Source: Candidatus Harpocratesius repetitus (lineage in GTDB: Archaea > Asgardarchaeota > Lokiarchaeia > Sigyniarchaeales > Promethearchaeaceae). From it: a stretch of DNA of 32,000 bases. Below the pieces are notes generated by a model. It was given only the letters and a program-made list of their open reading frames with translations, made no database searches and was not told the origin of the DNA. Position 1 is the stretch's first letter. Each line of letters opens with the position of its first letter. The stretch spans positions 3,120,001-3,152,000 of the forward strand of contig JAIZWK010000001.1 of NCBI GenBank assembly GCA_021498095.1. Direction: 5' to 3'. A program made the position numbers and the translations under genes. Positions 1-9,647 of this stretch are shown here, piece by piece.

Positions 1-666
1 AATCTTGTAAAAAGTAACTTCTTCTAAATATTGATAATTGGAACCATTGGTGGGTATAGTAAGCAGCTTAGGGCAAGAGGCAAGCCTCAAAGTTTTCAAT
101 TTGGGAGGCCAACCTGTGATATGCTCCAAATCGCAATGATTTAAGCTCAATTTGGTGCAATTCTCGAATATAGAAAAATCTACAGATTTCTGCGGAAATT
201 TGCATTCATAAAACGATAAAGAATTTATATGATTTATTCTAGGAATTTTGGAAAAATCAATGGTTTCGCGGTTAAAACCCCTTGGAATAAAGATAAGATC
301 AACATGCTCGCTCTGAGAAAAATCAATATCCATGTTTTCTATATGTAGGCCGCGGACCACAAATTCTTTCAAAAATCGATACTGCGAAGGATCTTCAGGA
401 ATACGCTTCAAATTAGGGGATTTATATATATTAATTTTTTCAATTTTGGGCGGCCATGCTATAATTTCCTCCAAGTCGCACCCCCCGATAATTATTTCTC
501 TTAAATCAATCAAATGAGAAAGATCTACCTTTTTTGGATTGAATCTGCAGCCGGTAAAATATCTTCTAAGGAATTTGCGATTATTTATAATTTTAGCGCT
601 GTCTATTTCAATATTTTCGATGAATTCACCATCAAGTTGATCATGATGCATTTTTTTATCCTTCAT
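1..666 (-). CDS. Leucine-rich repeat protein, 3' end beyond window (not in supplied ORF track)
   Basis: Manual translation from ATG at 666 is open to base 1 (222 codons): MKDKKMHHDQ...LREIIIGGCDLEEIIAWPPKIEKINIYKSPNLKRIP...CTKLSLNHCDLEHITGWPPKLKTLRLASCPKLLTIP...; LxxLxLxxC-type LRR pattern; in-frame TAA at 687-685 bounds the 5' end. Confidence 0.8.
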   Translation of the reverse strand, partial: MKDKKMHHDQLDGEFIENIEIDSAKIINNRKFLRRYFTGCRFNPKKVDLSHLIDLREIIIGGCDLEEIIAWPPKIEKINIYKSPNLKRIPEDPSQYRFLKEFVVRGLHIENMDIDFSQSEHVDLIFIPRGFNRETIDFSKIPRINHINSLSFYECKFPQKSVDFSIFENCTKLSLNHCDLEHITGWPPKLKTLRLASCPKLLTIPTNGSNYQYLEEVTFYKI

Positions 667-820
667 TTCTATTTTTTTATTTTTTTATTTTTTTATTTTC
701 GTTTTTTGTTTTTCTTTTTTTTTTGATATTGATTTGTGCTCCTTATTTTATTACTTTCTCTATTTTCTCTATTTTCTTTTTTTTTAACTAAATAAATTAA
801 AAAAACTACAGCAAAATAAA

Positions 821-874
821 GGTTATGATGGTTATGATGGTTATAATGACAATGATGGCATTGATGACTATGAC
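821..874. repeat. Degenerate 9-nt tandem repeat (ggttatgat-like, about 6 copies) overlapping the stop of the 776-aa gene
   Basis: ggttatgat ggttatgat ggttataat gacaatgat ggcattgat gactatgac read directly. Confidence 0.7.
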
Positions 875-3198
875 GCTTCTACAAACGCCCTTAATTTGCT
901 GATGAACGCCTCAAATTCCTGCATGAAAATGCGGTATTCAAGAATATTGACCAAATCATCTGCATCAGAAAAGCCGTAAAGTGCCTTAAATTCTTCAATG
1001 TAGTAGGCACGGATATTCTCATAATTGGCTAAATAAGTGCGGTAGACTTTCTGCCGATTTTTTTGGAATGGGGCGACAGCAGGGTCAAGATCTGGTGTTT
1101 CAATTTTTTCAAGAATTTTCTTCTTAATTTCATCAAATTGAATATTGCCATCTGCATCGAGAGTGGGGATCCAGTATGATTTATATTCTCCAATTACTCC
1201 AAATCTTTTTAAGAGATCTCCAAGATTTCTTTGTTCAAAACCATAATAAAGTGTTTTATAACGGTGGGCGATTCTCTCCTGTCTTAACCATTCAGCGCCT
1301 TTGATAATCACCTCTCGGACACTTAAACCAATATTCTGCGGGTCATTTCGCATTCTGAAAAAAAGCGGCTCCTGCTTAGGCGTTATTGAAATAAAATAAT
1401 TACTAATTGAATCATCGTCATTATATTTGGCATTTGGATTATATTCAATCCATTCAGGAAGATTTTCTTTATTATTAAAGAAATTCTTAAAACCTTCAGA
1501 AAATGCTGTAGGATTTGTATGTATATGGATTGTTGTGAGTTCATTTAACAAATTGATTCCTGATCGCTCACATAAACTATTATAATAATCTTGTTTAGAA
1601 CCTCCATCATACGAAAAGAAAAGAAATTCGGGTTGCACAAAAACAATTTTTCTGTTATTGCCCTCTTCGACAATTCTAATGGAATTACTAACGGTCAACC
1701 AATCCACCCTCTGCCAAATTAATCCATTGGGATTTTCTTTTATTTGGTCTTCAGCTGCACTTACTGAGTCGGTAAAAGTAACAAATTGATTTATGGTTGG
1801 ATCCCAAAGCCCGTAGATTGTATACTGAGGCTCAAAAAGCGAAAATGGCAGCCGAACGCCGTCCTCGTAGGTAGCCACCATTGCGTATTTTTCGGTGCCG
1901 TCGGGCAGTCTAACGGTGAGCATGTCTGAAGTAATAAAAACTTCTGGTTTTGAATCCTGTCCTTTTAAAAACGGCTTTCCGTATTGAATGTACGAGGCTG
2001 ATAAACTGGATTTTTTGGCACCAATAATCAGCTTTGCAGTATCTAAGGTGGTAGGCGGTACGTAGTGTTCCCATCCCTCTTCAGAATGCGCAAAATATTC
2101 GTCTCTAATTTTAGTTGCTTGTGTTTTCATTGAAAGTATGTTTTCAATATCGCTGTGATAATCATCCATACTGGAAAATTTTGAAACGCAGTAGAGCCAA
2201 ATCTGATGAATAAGTTCCATCTCGTGGAGTTGCGCTTGACCTTTAGTGTTTTCATAATTTATTAATTTAAATATATGCGATAAATGATGTTCACTTATAA
2301 ATTCTGGTGATAGCGAAAAACCTAATTTTTGATTTAAGAATTTTGAAATTGTATTTAATGGGTTTTTAATTGCTTTTAAAATAACAGAATTTTTATTTGA
2401 TTCTCCTGTAAATTTGTGCATTTCATCCAAAAATTGGATTAATTCGCTATATTTCTGTAAAACTTTATTATTATACTTTATGCTTAAACTATTCGTACTT
2501 CTCCTTTCATAATCGCTGATCCATTTAAAGTATTTTAGCTGCTTTTGTTCATAATATGAATTCCCTTTGAATAATCTCTCATATAAAATTTCCTCTAAAT
2601 TGAATATATTTCCGCTTTCGTCGCAAACATGTATTGAATTATATTTAGTGTTTTCAAAGAAATGAGCCTTCCAAATTTCGCCCAAGCCGGAATGACCTTC
2701 ATCATCTGTATATTGAGGAAAATCCTCCTGCACTTTATCAAGATCAAAAAGCAGATTCCTAAGATCTCTTCCAATTGAGGGAAAATATTTATTAATATAT
2801 TTTAATCTACCAATAAAATCTGTAATTCTAGAATATCTTGTTTTTATTTGAGTTAAATCCTCAAGATTTTTAACATTCATTCTGCCGTATGCATAAAGGA
2901 GTGCGTTCAGTTCAATCCACCCTTTATTGAAATTAATTTCGCTGTACATGGTGTTTGCAGAAGAGCTACCTGTTTTACTGGAATCGGCGACTGATTCAAC
3001 GGGGTCATTTACCAATACTCTTACGGTGGCAGAATCTGGAAAACTTAAAGGTCGAACTACTATTCCATCTCCTAAATCCATATATTGAAAGAGCTGCTGA
3101 ATTTTGAAGGAATTTAAGTAGTTAAAGGGAATTTTACCCTCTTTCGCTCCTGGCACATTTTCAAATCCTGCTGCTTTAAGCACTTCTTCAAGAGTCAT
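868..3198 (-). CDS. Large hypothetical protein (776 aa), possibly the surviving 3' part of a longer gene
   Basis: Long ORF with globular-protein composition and no recognised motif. Frame stays open 41 codons upstream of the ATG (to 3321). Confidence 0.75.
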   Translation of the reverse strand: MTLEEVLKAAGFENVPGAKEGKIPFNYLNSFKIQQLFQYMDLGDGIVVRPLSFPDSATVRVLVNDPVESVADSSKTGSSSANTMYSEINFNKGWIELNALLYAYGRMNVKNLEDLTQIKTRYSRITDFIGRLKYINKYFPSIGRDLRNLLFDLDKVQEDFPQYTDDEGHSGLGEIWKAHFFENTKYNSIHVCDESGNIFNLEEILYERLFKGNSYYEQKQLKYFKWISDYERRSTNSLSIKYNNKVLQKYSELIQFLDEMHKFTGESNKNSVILKAIKNPLNTISKFLNQKLGFSLSPEFISEHHLSHIFKLINYENTKGQAQLHEMELIHQIWLYCVSKFSSMDDYHSDIENILSMKTQATKIRDEYFAHSEEGWEHYVPPTTLDTAKLIIGAKKSSLSASYIQYGKPFLKGQDSKPEVFITSDMLTVRLPDGTEKYAMVATYEDGVRLPFSLFEPQYTIYGLWDPTINQFVTFTDSVSAAEDQIKENPNGLIWQRVDWLTVSNSIRIVEEGNNRKIVFVQPEFLFFSYDGGSKQDYYNSLCERSGINLLNELTTIHIHTNPTAFSEGFKNFFNNKENLPEWIEYNPNAKYNDDDSISNYFISITPKQEPLFFRMRNDPQNIGLSVREVIIKGAEWLRQERIAHRYKTLYYGFEQRNLGDLLKRFGVIGEYKSYWIPTLDADGNIQFDEIKKKILEKIETPDLDPAVAPFQKNRQKVYRTYLANYENIRAYYIEEFKALYGFSDADDLVNILEYRIFMQEFEAFISKLRAFVEAS

Positions 3199-3500
3199 TC
3201 CTAAATCAGGATCAACTACAACGTCAATAAGTGCATTAACATCTACACCTTGAGCTTCAATCTGTTTGAAAATTTTGGTAAATTTAAGAATATATCTAAT
3301 TGGTCCAATATAATAAGCGTGTTATTTGCTTTATGGGATATCAGGAGCTATTGCAGTGGGCATCAAAGAGGTAAAAATTGTCAAAAAATGCTAAAAAAAC
3401 ATAATTTGGATACCTTATCTAACTCAAAGATTGTTGATCTATTAATTTCAAATATCATTATATTAATGGATGTTTTAATTGATATTTTTCAAAAAGTAAG

Positions 3501-3734
3501 TTAAGACTTAATGCCATCAATTTTTTCCCGCTCTTTCTCCTCTCTATCATAGCCTTTCGCCTGAAGCACTCTCAGTTGATACAATTTGCCCGAAAACGAT
3601 GCAATCAACGCCATTAAATCCGTCACCAACTGTTCTTCTAAGATATAGGGCAATTTTATCGTTTTTTCGGCTGATTGTTGCGGATGTAATGCGATAAATT
3701 TAGTAGTTTCAAAATTGATGAATGAAAAACTCAA
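3501..3734 (-). mobile_element. Internally deleted IS607-family tnpA (serine recombinase) remnant
   Basis: 3641-3516 matches 9324-9449 at 113/126 nt (LEEQLVTDLMALIASFSGKLYQLR...KGYDREEKERE). Upstream QQSAEKTIKLPYI resembles QQAEKTVKSTYI of the copy at 8805. Confidence 0.85.
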
Positions 3735-3767
3735 TAAAAAAGTCTAATTGTCAAAAAAATTTTTCCA

Positions 3768-4397
3768 TTATTCTTCTGTCTGAGGTAATTCAACATTTCC
3801 TTGCTGCAATCTCATATAATGACGCAACACAGCTTCACGGGCAGCAAATACAAATGCCCGCTTCACATTTACTCCTGTAATCGCAATTGTTTCATAAATT
3901 AAAACATTTGATAAGCGAGCAGCATTTAAAACCTCCCGAATTTTATCAATTGGAGTTGGATTGGGTAAATCGCGCTTATTCGCCATAAGAACCAAGGGAA
4001 CTTCAGCTATTCCATCTGCTCTTGGCATTACTTTCGTTCCGTAAAATTTAAGCAACTCTTTCAAACTATACAAATTTTCTTCCCACTGATCGCTAGAAGA
4101 ATCCCACACAAAAATTATTGCATCTGCACCTTTCAAAACAGTTTTCCTTTGATATTTATGGCGACGCTGCCCTGCTACTGTATAGGTTTGGAAGACTACA
4201 TTACTTACCCGAGCCACAACTCGGTCGAAGAATAATGTGCGTCCAGTAGGGTCTGTAATGCTTTGCAGTTTTCCACTGGCTAACCCTTCTTTTTCATATA
4301 TCCATGCTAACGCACATGTCTTACCACCCATTGATGGGCCCCAGAATACTAACTTAAATACAAGAGTATTATCAGAACGTCGTGAAGGCATATTCAT
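3768..4397 (-). CDS. Small GTPase, MglA/Arf-like family
   Basis: G1 GPSMGGKT, G2 region DPTGRTLFFD, G3 TVAGQ, VWDS, G4 NKRD, G5-like ETIAITG. Likely start is ATG 4397 or 4391 rather than 4478. Confidence 0.88.
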   Translation of the reverse strand: MNMPSRRSDNTLVFKLVFWGPSMGGKTCALAWIYEKEGLASGKLQSITDPTGRTLFFDRVVARVSNVVFQTYTVAGQRRHKYQRKTVLKGADAIIFVWDSSSDQWEENLYSLKELLKFYGTKVMPRADGIAEVPLVLMANKRDLPNPTPIDKIREVLNAARLSNVLIYETIAITGVNVKRAFVFAAREAVLRHYMRLQQGNVELPQTEE

Positions 4398-4700
4398 CAC
4401 AAATTTGTTCGGGGGGTTTTGGCTTAACCGAACATCTATTAATAAAAATAGGGCATTGTGTCTTAAATGTTTTTTCACATAATTTATAAAAGAATTCTTA
4501 GTACTAAAAATTCAATACAACAGACAGCGTTGAATAACAATTGGAGTTATCAAAACAATAATTCCATATTATGATAAAGCTTGAATAAATCAATTTTAAT
4601 GAAAATTATAAAATGCTAAGAATTGTACTCCTAAAATCTTTTGAATAATAAGAAATGAAAAAAAAGTAACATAAATTAAATAATGGCATAGGTAGAAATC

Positions 4701-5657
4701 ATGTCAACTGGAATAGAATTGATTAGCTTAACAAAAAAGTTCCCTGATTTAACCGCTGTTGATAACATAAATTTGAAAATCCGCAAAGGTCATTTATTTG
4801 GCTTTTTAGGACCAAATGGGGCAGGAAAGAGTACAACAATTAATATGCTTTCAACCGTACTTAAACCAACTTCAGGAACTGCAAATATTTTAGGATACGA
4901 CTTAATTCATGATTCACAGAAAATTAAGTCATTAATTGGTGTTTGCCCGCAAGAAATAGTAATGTATGATTACCTTACAGCGCGTGAAAACATTGAACTG
5001 ATTGCCAGACTCCATAAAATTCCAAAATCGGAATATAAAGAACATATTGATGAACTATTAGGCAAAATGAAGCTATTAGATAGAGCAAATAGTCTTGTAA
5101 AGGGTTTTTCTGGTGGAATGAAGCGTCGAATTAATGTTTTAATGGCAGTAATCCATAATCCAGAAATAATTTTCTTTGATGAACCTACTGCAGGATTGGA
5201 TCCTCAAAGTAGGCGTGTTGTATGGGATTTTATCAAAGACTTTGAGAAAGATAACAAAACTATAATCCTAACGACCCATAATATGGAGGAAGCAGATGAT
5301 TTGTCCGATAATATCGCAATTATTGATCATGGTAAAATTATCGCAGAAGGATCACCTCAACAATTAAAGGGAGAACATGGGAAAGGTGATATAATTGAAT
5401 TTCGTGTGTTCAATCACAGTTTGGAGGAAAGAGAGAAAATTGTTTCTTTCTTAAATGGGAATTCAGACATTTTATGGGCAAAATCCTTGGGAAAGGAAAG
5501 AATAGTTTTTAATGCATATGATGGATTAAGGAATATTTCTCATTTCTATGAATTATTAGACCAGCAATTTAAAATAAAAATGCAAGATTTGGTTATTCGG
5601 CAAAATACATTAGAAGATGTCTTTATTGACCTTACAGGTCGAAATTTACGAGATTAG
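4701..5657 (+). CDS. ABC transporter ATP-binding protein (DrrA/ABC-2 exporter type)
   Basis: Walker A GPNGAGKST, signature FSGGMKRR, Walker B IIFFDEPT, H-loop TTHNMEEA. Confidence 0.95.
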   Translation: MSTGIELISLTKKFPDLTAVDNINLKIRKGHLFGFLGPNGAGKSTTINMLSTVLKPTSGTANILGYDLIHDSQKIKSLIGVCPQEIVMYDYLTARENIELIARLHKIPKSEYKEHIDELLGKMKLLDRANSLVKGFSGGMKRRINVLMAVIHNPEIIFFDEPTAGLDPQSRRVVWDFIKDFEKDNKTIILTTHNMEEADDLSDNIAIIDHGKIIAEGSPQQLKGEHGKGDIIEFRVFNHSLEEREKIVSFLNGNSDILWAKSLGKERIVFNAYDGLRNISHFYELLDQQFKIKMQDLVIRQNTLEDVFIDLTGRNLRD

Positions 5658-5661
5658 GAGG
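5657..5661 (+). promoter_or_regulatory. Shine-Dalgarno-like GGAGG before the permease
   Basis: ggagg lies 9 nt upstream of ATG 5671. Confidence 0.5.
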
Positions 5662-5670
5662 AAAAGGCTA

Positions 5671-7002
5671 ATGAGGAACACAATAAAGAAAACAACAAAA
5701 AAAACAATGAAGAAAATAGTAAAGAATAATAAAGAGAATAAGAATATATTACAATTTTTTCAACAATCATGGGCTTTAATTTCAAAATATCTAAAAATCA
5801 CCTTCCGCGAAAAGGAGAATTGGTTTTGGATTTTCGGCTATCCACTTTTATTTATGATCTTATTTTCAGTGGCATTTAACAACACCAATTCTCGATCTAC
5901 CTACACAATTGCAATAATTAATCATGATGTTGAAGGATTAGATGATCCCATGCATGATTTGGGAGGTAATGCATCTTTATATTTAATGGCTCTATTTGAA
6001 GAAAACACATCAATCAGTGAAACTTTTCATTATCAAAAAACATATCAAAACGGGACATTATTGACAGAATCTGGTGCTTTGGAACTGGTCAATTCAGAAA
6101 AAATAGATGGCGTGGTAATTATCCCCAAAAATTTTTCAGAATCGATTATTGGGAGTACTTGGTGGTATCCTTTGATAAAAAATGGAATAATACCTCCTAA
6201 CTTGGATGATCAATTTGCTCAATTTATCATTGCGGTAAATAATACTAATTATACTGCTGGAGAACCCCAACTTCAGATTCATACTGTTGCAGATACGGTA
6301 ACTGGAGTAGTGATAACAAATATATTTGAAAGTATTGTAAATAACATTGTTCTTTCATATAACAATATAACAACGTTAAAAATAGAGCAGACAATTGGCC
6401 CAGATGATAGAAATCTTACATGGTTTGACATGTCGGCTCCAGGTATTATTGCTGTGGCGGTGTTAGTAGGTATTTCAAGTGTAGGAACAATGTTTGCCTT
6501 TGAACGATCTACTGGAATGCTTAAACGACTTGATACAACCCCTGTTTCCCGATCTACCATCCTATTAAGTGGAGGAACAGCCCAACTTCTCTTTTCGGCG
6601 ATCCAAATCTCGATTCTTTTAGCTTGCTTACCACTTTTTGGGGTAAATACTGCACCTGGAGCTAATTGGTTTCTTGCATTTTTAATAATTATGGATTTAA
6701 GCTTAACATGCATCGGATTAGGTTTAATCTTGGCGAGTTTTGCTAAATCAACAAATGCTGCAGGTGGTCTCGCTTGGATTATCATACTACCCCTGCAATT
6801 TTTGGGTGGTGCATTTTTCCCAATGGATGGAATCATTCAAAAATTTGTACCAACATATTACGCAATTCGAGCAATTAGATTGGTGCTGATATATGGTGCA
6901 AGCTGGATACATGTTTGGGAAGATCTGCTGATGGTATTCGCTTTCGGTGTGATTTCAACAATTATAGGAATCTTTATCTTTTCAAAAAAGAAGCAAATCT
7001 AA
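5671..7002 (+). CDS. ABC-2 type exporter permease
   Basis: N-terminal TM, large extracytoplasmic loop, then about 5 TM helices with MFAFERSTGMLKRLDTTP and FLGGAFFP motifs. Directly follows the ATPase; SD supports ATG 5671. Confidence 0.9.
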   Translation: MRNTIKKTTKKTMKKIVKNNKENKNILQFFQQSWALISKYLKITFREKENWFWIFGYPLLFMILFSVAFNNTNSRSTYTIAIINHDVEGLDDPMHDLGGNASLYLMALFEENTSISETFHYQKTYQNGTLLTESGALELVNSEKIDGVVIIPKNFSESIIGSTWWYPLIKNGIIPPNLDDQFAQFIIAVNNTNYTAGEPQLQIHTVADTVTGVVITNIFESIVNNIVLSYNNITTLKIEQTIGPDDRNLTWFDMSAPGIIAVAVLVGISSVGTMFAFERSTGMLKRLDTTPVSRSTILLSGGTAQLLFSAIQISILLACLPLFGVNTAPGANWFLAFLIIMDLSLTCIGLGLILASFAKSTNAAGGLAWIIILPLQFLGGAFFPMDGIIQKFVPTYYAIRAIRLVLIYGASWIHVWEDLLMVFAFGVISTIIGIFIFSKKKQI

Positions 7003-7384
7003 TTGATGATAGTATAGCATGAATTTTTTTTTACATTTTTATTTTTTGATCACGTATTTTTTGCATTTTAGAAGATCTAAAAATCCAATTGGATATTAAT
7101 TCAAGTAGCATATCCAAAACCATCAAAATCTCTGATATTTTTATTTTTGTATTATTTCTTGAGATAATATTAGAATAATCGAAGATGTGATTTCGAGTAA
7201 TTCTAAAAGTGAAATTAGAAAAGGTCGTACGTTTAAATTTGTTCTACATATTCTCTATATGAAGAATACAACAGCAAAATTCACCAAAATGGGTATCTTT
7301 TTATATTTGAAATGATGATTTTTACCTAGGTTTAGTTAGATAAATATCTAGAGAAAGGTAATTTTCAAAGCAAGGCGAACTCAG

Positions 7385-8749
7385 ATGGTGAAACGATTGT
7401 ATTTTCTTGATTATTTACGAGGATTGGCGATTATCGGGGTAGTTGTTAATCATGCAATTGTTTATGGCATTATGTTGAATAATGAAAATGCTTTAACCTA
7501 TTTACCTAAATCTCCATTAGTGATATTTGCTCCTTTTATGGTTTTTGCTACTTGGACAGGATTATTTTCAATAATAAACGGCATTGGAATTAGTTACAAT
7601 TTAATATATCGATTAGAACAAGGAATTCCATTAAAGAAAACTCTAAAAAGCCCCTTAATCCATAGTACAAGCATTTTAATTACTCATTTTGTTTTTCAAA
7701 TTTTCTTTACTCGAAGAACTAAACCAATAATTGGAGAAGAACCATGGTTCTCAATCGGAACTGGTTCAATTTTAGAAAACAGCCTTCAACCTTTGAATTT
7801 ACTTGTTATCTTTCGATCTGATGCATTAAGTAGTATTGCAATGAGTGGTTATTTTGCTTGTTTGGTAATTGGATTAATTTGGAGACAGAAAGAAAATATT
7901 ACAAATACTAAAAGAACTATGAGAATTTTAATAGAAACTGCAGCTGTATGGTTAGCAGTAAGTTCTTCATTATGGAATTTCATGTATTATCGTCTTTTTT
8001 TACCATGTTTATCACATGGAGGAATTTTTTATGGATTTGCTTTAATACTGTCATTAATTGCGCCTCACGGACATGGAATTTTACCATATGGAGCATATAC
8101 AATAGTTGGGATACTATTTGGTTATGCATTAGCAATAAAAATCAGTATCAATCAATTAAAACAAACAGCAAAAAGATTTGCTTGGGGTTTGATAGGAACA
8201 GGAACTTTATTAATTCTATTTCATCTCTTAACAGTTCCTGATATCTCTCTTAATTTTTTCTTTTCGTTTATTGTGATTCCACCAGATTTATACATTCCTA
8301 ATTTGGGATTGATGATTTTAACGATTCAATGGTTAATTGGTAAATTTGCCTTGAAAAACCAATCATCTCTGAATGAAAATACTATTGAGCAAATTGATTC
8401 ACCTATTCTCAAAAAGACTAAATTTATTCGCGATATAGGTGTAATTACGCTTTCATTATATTGTTGGGAAAATATTTGGAGTGCTTCAATGCGAGTTTTG
8501 TTTATTAGAATATTTAGCTCAGTTCCTGCAGAACATGATGTATTAATGGAACATTTTTGGATACAATTGATATATTTAATATTTTACTGCCTTTCGTGGA
8601 TAATTTTTATTTGGTTATGGAAAAAAGTAGATTATTTATTTGGAATGGAGTGGCTTGTAAAAACCATGGATCATTTGATGGGTAAACCCACTTTCACTAC
8701 CAATACAACGCCAAAAGAAAAAACTTATCAACAGCAAAAAAGTTTTTGA
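7385..8749 (+). CDS. Multi-pass membrane protein, DUF1624/HGSNAT-like or acyltransferase-3-like
   Basis: N-terminal RLYFLDYLRGLAIIGVVVNH motif; about 10 hydrophobic segments; C-terminal IGVITLSLYCWE motif. Confidence 0.65.
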   Translation: MVKRLYFLDYLRGLAIIGVVVNHAIVYGIMLNNENALTYLPKSPLVIFAPFMVFATWTGLFSIINGIGISYNLIYRLEQGIPLKKTLKSPLIHSTSILITHFVFQIFFTRRTKPIIGEEPWFSIGTGSILENSLQPLNLLVIFRSDALSSIAMSGYFACLVIGLIWRQKENITNTKRTMRILIETAAVWLAVSSSLWNFMYYRLFLPCLSHGGIFYGFALILSLIAPHGHGILPYGAYTIVGILFGYALAIKISINQLKQTAKRFAWGLIGTGTLLILFHLLTVPDISLNFFFSFIVIPPDLYIPNLGLMILTIQWLIGKFALKNQSSLNENTIEQIDSPILKKTKFIRDIGVITLSLYCWENIWSASMRVLFIRIFSSVPAEHDVLMEHFWIQLIYLIFYCLSWIIFIWLWKKVDYLFGMEWLVKTMDHLMGKPTFTTNTTPKEKTYQQQKSF

Positions 8750-8804
8750 TCAAACTTGATCACCCATCATTGAATTTATTTAGATATTCTTCAAATTTAA
8801 TTTT

Positions 8805-9533
8805 ATGCGGACTATCTCCGAAACATCACGCTTTCTTGGAGTTACTCCCGCAACTCTACGCAGATGGGACAAAAAAGGATACCTAGTTCCAAAAAAGACA
8901 TTTGGAAATCATCAACGGTATTCATAGGAACAGTTGGCGGATTTTCTGCCCGAATTGGTAAATCTACCATGCCAACAAGCGGAGAAAACTGTAAAATCGA
9001 CCTATATCTATGCAAGAGTCTCATCGTCCAAGCAGAAAAAGGATGGAAATCTTGACAAACATGTCAAACGCTTGAAAAAACATCACAAAAAGCATTTTGC
9101 TGATGAATCTCCTGCAAAAATTATTAAAGAATACGGCTCGGGGCTGAATCCGATGCGCCTAGGGTTGTGGCGGCTGCTGAAGCAAAATGAGCAGAGGAAG
9201 GTGGCACGGGTGCTGATTGCCTATAAGGATCGGCACACAAGATTCGGGTTTCCATTTCTCGAATATGTTTGCGGGATTTGCGATGTGCCGATTATCGAGG
9301 TGGAGCGTGGATTGAACACTTCTTTGGAGGAACAGCTGGTGACGGATTTGATGGCGCTGATTGCATCGTTTTCGGGCAAATTGTATCAGTTGCGGGCGCT
9401 TCAGGCGAAAGGTTATGATAGAGAGGAGAAAGAGCGGGAGAGAATTGATTCCATTATCGAGAGGTATGTTAGGAGGGATTCGGAAAGGGTATTAAGCAAG
9501 TTGACAAGGAATTTAGCCGCTTTTTGTTGTTAG
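8805..9533 (+). mobile_element. tnpA: IS607-family tnpA (MerR-like HTH + serine recombinase), interrupted by in-frame TAG at 8925-8927; no tnpB
   Basis: ATG 8805: MRTISETSRFLGVTPATLRRWDKKGYLVPKKTFGNHQRYS* then in the same frame ...YIYARVSSSKQ...EYGSGLN...IAYKDRHTRFGF...EEQLVTDLMALIASFSGKLY. Confidence 0.9.
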
Positions 9534-9647
9534 ATCAATTTTTTCATTAATCATCGCAAAATATTTTCTGTTCATATTTTGATTCTATTAAAGAGTAATC
9601 TCAAAACTATATTTTTGGATTTAAATACATCAATCCTCCATAATTAT

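Noticed and set aside
332-726. Plus-strand ORFs 332-517 and 514-726
   Set aside because: Antisense shadows of the LRR gene and of a T-rich spacer (poly-Phe tail).
3250-3504. 84-aa plus-strand ORF
   Set aside because: No motif; antisense to the decayed 5' extension of the 776-aa gene.
7165-7315. Short open frame with SEIRKGRTFKFVL resembling an HATPase C-terminus, plus small inverted repeats at 7083-7117
   Set aside because: No G-box motifs upstream; the match is too short in very AT-rich DNA.
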